Below the pieces are notes generated by a model. It was not told where the DNA came from. It saw nothing but the letters and a program-made list of their open reading frames with translations, and searched no databases. From Octopus vulgaris (taxonomy: Eukaryota), in NCBI GenBank assembly GCA_951406725.2, contig OX597821.1, forward strand, positions 12,214,001 through 12,278,000: a stretch of 64,000 bases of DNA, given 5' to 3'. Position 1 is the stretch's first letter. Each line of letters opens with the position of its first letter. Made by a program: the position numbers and the translations under genes. Positions 53,488 to 64,000 of this stretch are shown in pieces.

Positions 53488-53616
53488 ATTACCTCAGATA
53501 TACTTGTTACTTACTTAGATTGTAATCACCCCATGGATTTATATGTATAATACCATACAAAATTCTGTTGCCTTTGACTTAAGTACCCTATTCATCTGAA
53601 TCTAAATTTTGCTGAA

Positions 53617-53656
<40 letters not shown>

Positions 53657-55929
53657 CATACACTCCTACACACATAAACACTTATACATACACATGAGTG
53701 CGCGTGCCTCCATCTGGGTCTGAATTTTTTTCCTTATTAATGTGCAGTATTAACAGCGTTTTAAATCCCAGATCATGTTGATGCTTTTATCGGTCGTTTG
53801 AATGTGTCCATTGTTAAAATTAGAGCATAAGAAGTAACCTCATGTCCAGAAAAATAAAACATATAATTCCAATTTGCTTTGTCACTTTTGTGCAAATACA
53901 ACATAACTAAGAACACAGGTTTCAACAATATTTTCCTACTCCACATTTTTATAAGATTTTTGCTTGTTCTTACTTACATGTTAACTGACGGCCTCTTAGA
54001 ATGAGGTACAAATTCAGCGCGGAATTTAGTTGAATCTCATTCTCTCACAGCGCAAATCCTATCGATTTAAACGTAGCTATTCGGCTTTCATGCTATCAAT
54101 AAAATGATTTCCAAGGAAAACACTAGATCTGTTATTGGATCATGCTTCTTTCCCAGTATGTGTTGTTTCGTGCCGGTTTGTAATAACAAAATACGTAAGG
54201 CTTCACTGTTGTGTTACAGTGGAATCATTTCTATTTTATCATGCGCAGAAAATTTTTGAAGACGTCTCTTGATGGTTTGTTACACGGTTTCTTTACTGCA
54301 CCCAGGAGAAAACGGAAACGGCTTCATTCTCGAATCAGTAGAATATGCTAGATTCTGTATAAAACGGTTATGAATTAGACAATCATATACAGGTGCATCC
54401 GGTGTCGGTATTCGAATTTTCCTGTATTATCAATAACAAAAATATTTACACTTTTATTACATCCATAACCTGTATTAAATATTTCAAGACAATCTATATA
54501 TATATATATACGTATGTTTCCATGTGTGTCTATTCGTTTTGCATGTACCTGAATGTGTGTAAGTATACGCACGGAAACACACACACACACGTGCCTTAGA
54601 AGAATGTAAACTTGTTCTGTTTTTGCTTTCTGTATGGTATGACAATATATTTTGCAAATCGCTGAATTGTGTATGAAGGATATCTAACTGATTTCATCCC
54701 ACAAAATGTATAAGAATATATTTAATTGTTAAAGTTGCATATTTTTACTTTCCACCGCTCGTACGAGCGTAAATATCATAGAAATAGACAGTTTATGAAT
54801 AATGTTTGCATGAGGAAGAAGGTGTATAATTTTTATGAAATTAAAGGACTAACATAAATTTAAATATTAGAATATCTTAGGCTTGAAAGAAAATTACACA
54901 ATAAGATTATAGACATACTGCTTCCATTAATTCGATGATGTGAGATAATAGGAGAAGACACCCGAGAGACCGTGTCGCAGTCTCTTAATACCTCACAGTC
55001 GATATTGTATCACATACAGGTAGGTTATAAGACTGTCCAAAAGTGACGGTTAGCAATTAAATTTTTAAATATTATTTCTGTATACTATTCATATATTTCA
55101 TGTTAAAAACATTATTATCCTGACCATATTAACTAATAATTTGTGCTTAAATTACATGGGTGGTTTTTGCACGTAAACTATCTGGTGCTGTGGAATTGCT
55201 TAGATACATCTGTGAAAAGGCCTTAAAATCCAGTATTGATTACAGGCATGAATCGTCATAAAATTTATTATTTATTTCACTATCATTTCCATTTAGAAAT
55301 GAAATTAGTTTATTACACATAGTACACATCCATACCAACAATTTTTTATTTCGAACCAATTTATTTTACGAACATAAACAATGTTTTTTTTTCAGTTACC
55401 GTTGAGGCTAGTTTAATAACCTCTTTGAGTTATAATGGCGGCAATATTGAAAGTCAATCGTTTGTTTTTATCAGTTTATTAAGTTCCCTTATTTGTCGGA
55501 ATGTATTTAATGATTACTAGACACCATTACATTAAGTGGTAAATGAAAATAGAGTGCGTAGCCCATGGGACATTTTTATATGTCTGTTTGAAAATGGTGT
55601 TTCATTGGACATATTTTTATATATCTACTCTTTGCAATCTTCCTAAAAAGACAGTGCTATAACTATTGCCAATTGTGGAAGTATGCCTATGATGCATTCA
55701 AACAAACACAATAAAATGCAAATATACGCATGCACTTTATGATACAAATAGCATTGACCTGTACATAATAACATTGAGTGCATAAAACTGCAGTCGATTT
55801 GCACACCTGAAAGATGAAGTTAATAATATTAAGTGCCTCAACGACTATTTGTTCCTTTCAAACTATATTAAAAACGTACATTAGCATGTAATTTTCGACA
55901 AAAAAATATTACAACTGTAAGTATGAGTA

Positions 55930-56016
55930 TGAATATATACATATACATATATATGTAAATATACGTATATATATGTATGTATGTATGCATGTATGTATAT
56001 ATATATATATACATAC

Positions 56017-56051
<35 letters not shown>

Positions 56052-56079
56052 CATATATATATGTATGTATATATATATG

Positions 56080-56111
<32 letters not shown>

Positions 56112-56285
56112 TATACATATATATGTATATATATATATACATGCATACATACATACAAATATACTCATACATGTATAAATACACATGTATGTACCTGAGT
56201 ATATAATGTAGGTAGGTAACTAGGTAGGTAGGTAGGTAGGTAGGTAGGTAGGTAGGTAGGTAGGTAGGTCGGTCGGTAGGTAGAT
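55930..56285. repeat. (TA)/(TATG) microsatellite followed by (TAGG)n
   Basis: Read directly from sequence. Confidence 0.95.
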
Positions 56286-56574
56286 ATGCGAATGAAGTAA
56301 TCCTCTTTACTTTATGGCTGTGCTACCATTCTGCCTTTGTTATGGACATTAAAAATTGGAATCTGGAAAAGAACAGGAATCAGTAAAATGAAGCATCGGT
56401 GTCATTCAGATTGCAAGTAATAGCAGTCAATTCTCCCTCGAATCACAAACTGTTCTCTCCCGTAAGTAATGGATACGTTAGATAATGGTGTTCTATACAC
56501 CCCTAAGGAGGCAGAAATGCCTTTGTTTAGATTTTACATTATCCACACAGCTAAAAGATTAGTCTGTTCTACAT

Positions 56575-56762
56575 TAGGCACAAGTCTTGAAATTCTAGTC
56601 GATTACATCAGCCCAAGTGATCACATGGTACTTTCTTTTATCGACGCCATACAGATGAAGAACAAAGTCGACTTCGGTGTCATTGGAACTCAAATCGAGA
56701 AGACGGAAAAAATCTGTCTATCATCTTGACTGGCGTGCTATAGATTTTGCCTTATCGTTGCC
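56575..56762 (-). mobile_element. SINE family B, diverged
   Basis: gatgaagaacaaagtcgacttcggtgtcattggaactc. Confidence 0.65.
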
Positions 56763-57967
56763 TGAAGAAGAATACATAATAATGTTTAAGTTTGTGTATC
56801 CACATTCTACCAGGTTTCGGAGATTATTACGTTTCCTTAAGATTGATTATGTGAATATTTACCGGTTCATACATATATTTGCCGTGTGATGAGTTACAAA
56901 TATAGGCTCTCTGTATTTTAATTATTGGGAATTCTCTTCATATTCCAGTAAGCAGTATTTATATATGGTTATTTAATTTATACTCGGGAAACGTTTTTAT
57001 TTTGTATAAGAAGTTCATAAACGTTTTAACTGATCCAGTACGTCGATAGTAGAAAAATATCGATTTGCAATGATGCTCATCTAAGGCCGAGAGTAGGGGA
57101 ATTTGGAAAATAATCTGAGAGACAAAAGCTCAAAATTCTGGGGAGTTAGCAAAACTGTTGTGAGTTAGCATATTACACTCCAAGCTGTAATAAATGTAAT
57201 GCCGATAACGATACTGTTGCAGTATAATTGACATTTTACGTTTATTGTATTCTGATTAATATTACATTCATGGATTGATAGATTCCTTCGAGCATTGTGC
57301 AAAATACCCTGCAACTTGTAGCTAAGACACTGTACATCCTCACTTCATATCCCTTTCAGGTCGACATGCCCTTTCATGATTCCGATATGCGATGAAATGA
57401 AATGCCAGTCAAATACTGAGATGATTTAATCTTCTCTATCTCTTCCCGAAATTTGAGGCTAGAAGTGTAAGTCGAAGACAGCAAAAGCTTCAGATTACAA
57501 AGGGAATTATGTTGAACAGAGTAACACAGTAACCAAGCAGAAAACAAAATGTGAAACTTTGCAGAACTTTCAACTTGGAAGAAATGAAAAACATGACATT
57601 AAAATTTGAAGCTTTCAAGAACATCACGTACACAGAAATGTAACTTTGAAGAGCACCACTTACAGACAAAAGTTAAGGGAAATCGTATGAATGCTGAATA
57701 AACCCATTTGTACTCAAGCGTAAACATGCACAAGAAAATTCCTCTTATGCTGGAAACATAAAGCGGCTGCACAATAATTACACGGCGAGCACTGGCCAGA
57801 CATAATCTATTACAAAGTTGCGCAAAAGATTGCGTGTTAGACACTCGTACCTTACTCAAGACGCGAATGCTTTCCACCTTCTATCCGAAGTTTCAAAGAG
57901 AGCGCTGATTAGTTAAGCGAGATGGTATTTTGTGGAAGTGGGAAAATAAAAGAGCTACTTGGATTAT

Positions 57968-58421
57968 CCTTACAAGCATAACAACCATATGTGTACAACA
58001 TGGTGATCCCATAACAAGATAAACAGCACATGACCTTTCAGGTGGAGCCCAGTTAGAATTTTCTTCTGTTCGAGTAGCCCATCCCGCTCAAACGGTCCCT
58101 GAATAAGGATTGTTTAAGGATGTTTAACGAACCACCAATGTTTCCAAAGGTGAATTGTCCAAACCCCTGAGAATTCCTTTCAACACACAGCTATGATGCC
58201 CCCGCCTACTTCTGCTCGTAATCAGAGATGCACATATCGTCAGCTACTAAGGGGCATGGTCAACTGGTTAAGTTCAAACAAGTGAAAGCAAATATGTGGT
58301 ATTCAGCAGAATATTAACTGTAAGCCATCTTTTCTACCAAGACAAAACAATGTACATGTTAACACTTCCAATCAGTTAAGATAGGCAGTCATGAGATCCA
58401 CTGCCTGGTACTGCATCGGGG

Positions 58422-58422
<1 letters not shown>
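57968..58422 (-). mobile_element. Family E repeat, longest copy, adjoining an (ATT)n run
   Basis: The reverse complement starts gccccgatgcagtaccaggcagtgg. It contains both the 41725 segment and the tttgagcgggatgg...aggtcatgtgctg segment of the 23364 copy. Confidence 0.82.
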
Positions 58423-58487
<65 letters not shown>

Positions 58488-58503
58488 CATCATCATAATT
58501 ATT

Positions 58504-58537
<34 letters not shown>

Positions 58538-58538
58538 C

Positions 58539-58573
<35 letters not shown>

Positions 58574-58784
58574 AGGTGGAGAATATGATTAGCAACATCT
58601 TTTCTTCTTCTTCTTCTTCTTCTTCTTCTTCTTTTCTTCATCTTCTTCTTCTTTTCTTCTTCTTCTTCTTCTTCTTTTCCTTCTTCTTCGTCTTCTCCCC
58701 TTTTCTTCTTCTTCCTCCTCCTCTTCTTCTATCTCATCATCACATCCACCACCACCACCACCACCATCGTCGTCGTTATCGTCG

Positions 58785-58818
<34 letters not shown>

Positions 58819-58820
58819 TA
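58423..58820. repeat. Compound (ATT)/(ATC)/(CTT)/(CAC) microsatellite block
   Basis: Read directly from sequence. Confidence 0.95.
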
Positions 58821-59554
58821 TGTAGCACATGGTCATCTCTACGTTTCTACACTCTCACTAATGCCTTCCCTTTACCTTTCATCCAAACGCAGTGGATAGC
58901 ACAAGTAGTAGTCAAGTAGCGAGAGTCTGTTAAGTAAATCATACAAACACATCCTTCGTCATCCCCTCAATGCAAAACCTTGAAGCAAGTTAAGACCTCA
59001 TTTTTATTAATATTATGAACATCATCTATTATCAATATTAATGCAAGTGAACACAGGAATGTCAACAAGGAACAGGAACTTGGAAAAAAAACTAAAAACA
59101 AAATGTAACATAAACTAGCGAAGAAACCAAACAAAGAAATGGCTAAACTTGACAAGACTTAAGGGGTTAGTGACATTTTCACAAAATGTGAATCTATACA
59201 TTAAATCATTTCGGGATTAAACGCTAGAACACAAAAACTGTAATGGAATCACTGAATGATGTTTGGGAAGCCTAATGGTGCTTATATTTGCAGTGGGGTA
59301 TATAGTTCTTTGATGTCATTCTTAGTAATTTTTCTGCTCTATTTATCTTTTATATTTCAGGGTTACCCCTAGTGTTGATTGATATTGCAACTGTATCAAT
59401 CCAGCCAGCAGCTAATTTTCTGTTTCCAGGGTAACCAAAAGTGTTGATATGTTTAAAAAAAAACAAATAGTGTTTGTCAATTATTTACTTTAGCCCGAAA
59501 ACGTCGTCCATGCAGTCACACTGTCTCTTTCTCCCTCTCTCTCACACATATATT

Positions 59555-60610
<1,056 letters not shown>

Positions 60611-61799
60611 GTCCGTGTGTATCTGTGTGTGTTTGTTTCTGTGGTGCGGTCCGTGAATACAAAGCAAAACACAGTTAGCTGAAGTTTTATTAAGAAGTTC
60701 ACTCTGGAAAACAAATATCATTGTTGTACTGACACGGGTCTTTGATACTTTTAGCACATCTGTATAATTCTGTATACCAACATACTGTCACCTCTTTAAA
60801 CACATATATGGAACTACACAGAATACAACAATACCTCGAGAAATCAATACACAGATGAATTAATACCGAATTTCGTATATACACACTGTCGCTGGTACAC
60901 TTGTGTATGCTAAAGCTAACTCGTCATTTTATATTCATATTTGTATTGTTTTGGCCTAACTCTTAATGTTGTTCTGTACAGGAATTGGTATATAATAGTA
61001 TTATGAAACCCGACTGCAAGTGATGTGTATACGACTGGACTGTTTTTGTCTTCGATTCCCCGTCCGGATATTTGTTTTAGTGAAGACATTCCACCGCAGA
61101 TCTGATACCATGTAAATCTGACATGCGCTACACGCGCGCGCGCATGCATGCATGCACACAGGCATACATACCCCCCACACACACACATACGTACACACGC
61201 ACGCATACACACACACACGCAACATATACGTGCACCAACGCACTCATTCATATATCTACATACACATATAATTAAGCATAAACATGCATGCGCACACTTA
61301 CACAAATGAAATATAACAAAAATATAAGCTCAAAAGCTTAAAAGGTGGAATGTATATTTAAACCTAATATTTGGATTAGAGTTCAGAATTCTCCATAATC
61401 ATGAATGCAAGTTCAGCCCGAGATCAAATTCAACAGTTAAAAATCACAAGGAGTAGTGGCTCTCAATCGCGCTCCGAATGGATATTGTTGGCGGTCCATA
61501 TAAAAATTTCTCGATGTAATCTATCTAGAATAAATTGTTCATAGTCTTACATTGCTCAAAATATTACAACAATTGTTTTAATACAATTATTAATAATATT
61601 TAATTATTAAAATGTAATATGAATTATTAAACATGGAATGCCCATGAGGGTCCACTCTAGTAAAATACAATTCAGAGGTATCTATAGGTAAAAAGCTGTT
61701 GAAAACCCATTGATATAGTGCATAAATAGTACTCTTGAAGTTAGAATTATCTTCCACATAATCAATTAGTTGTAACATAAAGCTGCTTTTAATAATAGC

Positions 61800-61950
61800 A
61801 TGAATAAAGCTTTGCAACCATATAATTTTCGGTAAAGTCCAACTGCGCATAGACTTAAACAAGTGTCTTCTACTATAGCCATGGGCCAACCAATGCATTG
61901 AGAGTGAATTTGGTAGACGGGATGTGTCAGTTAGTCCACACATAGGTGTG
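61800..61950 (+). mobile_element. SINE family A 5' half, diverged
   Basis: caagtgtcttctactatagccatgggccaaccaatgcattgagagtgaatttggtagacgg. Confidence 0.75.
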
Positions 61951-62199
61951 TGAGTGTGTAAGGGCGTGTGTGTTGGTTTAAATGTATGAAATCTGTCAGC
62001 GTATTTTTAATTTTATGCTTGTCCTTGTCCAACATGGTGACATATGTCGGTTTATTTAATCTCCCAGAATTTGGTGGTTTGGAAAAAGACTCGATGGAAA
62101 CAGTATTATTTATAAAATAAATCCTGAGGTTTGTTCACTGATCAAACAATGCCTGAAAAAGTAAGGAATAAATGTGTGAAGTGTAATATCGATTGCAAT

Positions 62200-62390
62200 T
62201 TTTAGCAAAAAACCAGAAATTTTGGAGGAGGGTGTAAGTGGATTACATCAACCCCGCATGCTCAACTAGTACATATTTCATTGACCCCGAAATGTGTGAA
62301 AGGCAAAGTTGGCCTCAGTAGCATCAGAACGTAAAATGGACGAAATGCGGCTAACTATTTTTCCCGGCATGCTAATGATTCTTCCAGCTT
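62200..62390 (-). mobile_element. SINE family B, diverged
   Basis: gaccccgaaatgtgtgaaaggcaaagttggcctc...cggcatgctaatgattcttccagct. Confidence 0.7.
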
Positions 62391-62413
62391 AATTTTATAT
62401 TTTCGAATAACAA

Positions 62414-62682
62414 AACTACTACGCCATTATGCCCGTGGGCATATGGCGTAGTGGTTAGAAGTGCGGGCTACTAAACCCACGATTCCGAGTTCGATGCCAG
62501 GCAGTGACCTTAATAATAATAGTAATAATAACATCAAAAAATACCTTAGGAATGAGAACCTAGGTTCAAAATTTCCCCAAGACACCTGATGAAGGCTGGG
62601 AGACGTATCAGACGAAACGTTGTGTTGACAGCAGACAAGATGAGAACAAATATCCGTCAAATATAAATAAAGTAAATAATGT
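62414..62682 (+). mobile_element. tRNA-headed SINE (family D) with 5' fold-back and hammerhead-containing tail
   Basis: A-box TGGCGTAGTGG 62444-62454, B-box GTTCGATGCC 62489-62498, (AAT)n linker, hammerhead 62581-62626. 62414-62434 is an inverted copy of 62437-62456. Confidence 0.8.
62581..62626 (+). ncRNA. Minimal type-I hammerhead-like motif inside SINE D
   Basis: gacac [CTGATGA] a ggctgg gagacgta tcagac [GAAAC] [GTT] gtgtt. Stem I gacac/gtgtt; stem II has one mismatch; stem III is reduced to the palindrome ACGT and would need a dimer. Confidence 0.65.
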
Positions 62683-63323
62683 AAAAACTCAATCTATTCA
62701 ATATTTTCGAACAACAAAACTCAATCAATTCTATATTTTCGAATATCAAAACTCAGTCTGAAAAAGGTTTATCTGAAATTTATTAAAATGTATAAAACAA
62801 AAATACATCGCAACATTATCAATATCTTTCTGCATGCATGTTTGAAATCTTCGCAGTTTGGTCATACCTTATTTCTAGGTTAAAAGTTCTATCTTTAAGT
62901 TCTAATATTGAGTCTCTCGTGTCACATGCAGATATGTGTGATATTACAAATATTAATATTCAATCTTTTCATCTCGCCATAAATTTTGGAGGCGTAATCA
63001 ATATTAACGGAACAGAAACTGATCATTTTCAATACTTCAGCAAGCCAGTGCATGGAAAATTAATAATCATGTTGGTTTTAAACAATTTCGTGAAATGTGA
63101 CAAATAGTGAAGTCAACCGATGAACTGGAAACGCATGAAAAGACGGTTTTAGTCACTATTATTAATCTGCTGTTACTATGATTAAATAATCCTGCTCAAT
63201 TTACATGCGTAAATCTGTAATCCAACAGAAATGCACACACACACGATTATAAGAACCCATCACATAGAAATAAACACATTTTATGCTATTAGTGATAATT
63301 ATGATAATAAGTTTATTAATCTA

Positions 63324-63723
63324 CTTGCAGAATCGCCCGGCGTTGCTCGGGTTTGTAATGGAAATAACTATATAAGCATTTTTAGAGATGTAAAGTATAA
63401 TAGCCATCTCAATATGGCTAACTACTAAGGGGGGGGGTGTTACTGTAGCTTTTTACGTTCTGAGATTTAAAAATAAATTTTTAGAGAGTTACTTCCCTTA
63501 TATAATAGCAAAAAATGCATTAAAAATAGGAAAAATTGATGGTAATTTTTTTTTAAAATCGTAGACTCATCGTAGACGCGCGCTAATACCCAGAAGGGCT
63601 CGATATGAATCACGACTATAAGATACCCGGTTTTGGTTACACTGCACCGCAAAATGTGGGAGTAGTTAGAAATCTAAATCGTAGGAGACAGACAGCACAC
63701 AACATCTCTTTTATATATAAAGA
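63324..63723 (-). mobile_element. Non-autonomous Helitron
   Basis: The minus strand starts A|TCTTTATATATAAAAG and ends with hairpin cccgagcaacgccggg, then CAAG|T (a CTAG variant). Inserted between A and T with no TSD. Confidence 0.8.
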
Positions 63724-64000
63724 TATATAAAAATGTATGATAACGAGCGAAAATGAATGGTATTCTGTAATATATCGGAAAAATAATTTCAGAAAGGAAA
63801 TGACTTCATACAAAATTATTTGATATAGGTCATGAACACTGTTTTAATAGGAAGATATTGCTTCTTCAGAATTTCTAAACAGACAAATCTTTAGCTGATA
63901 ATCGATAGTAGGTGTAGAGCCCAATGAAATTAGATGCCAAATCAAATTGAACACCTAATCGAAGTGGATACTGCAGCCATCTGAAAAGACTGCGGGTTTA

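Noticed and set aside
60699-60884. Cys-containing ORF ending CAKSIKDPCQYNNDIC
   Set aside because: Too short and isolated to support an extracellular Cys-domain exon.
62437-62510. tRNA gene call for the SINE D head (likewise the heads of SINE A, B and C)
   Set aside because: A and B boxes are present, but the acceptor stem does not close and the sequence runs into a repeat body. These are SINE heads, not tRNA genes.

Overview
AT-rich, microsatellite-dense animal genomic DNA. The SINE and TE families look like those of a coleoid cephalopod (Octopus-like); this is an inference, not a database match. I cannot support any intact host protein-coding gene, and nearly all listed ORFs are microsatellite or repeat artefacts. 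The window is a mosaic of decayed mobile elements: several mariner relics (one near full-length transposase, one TIR-bounded deletion derivative), a Chapaev3-type DNA transposon, four Dong/R4 (RLE) LINE fragments, CR1-like 3' ends, a non-autonomous Helitron and three abundant tRNA-derived SINE families. The most notable signal is a set of non-coding Penelope-type modules carrying minimal type-I hammerhead ribozymes. There are five near-complete motifs (8021, 8484, 29364, 53402, 62581), and the related modules often show 5' fold-back inversions and sit in (TA)n tracts. One is a tRNA-headed SINE with a hammerhead in its tail and a fold-back at its 5' end, suggesting a SINE mobilised by Penelope-like machinery.
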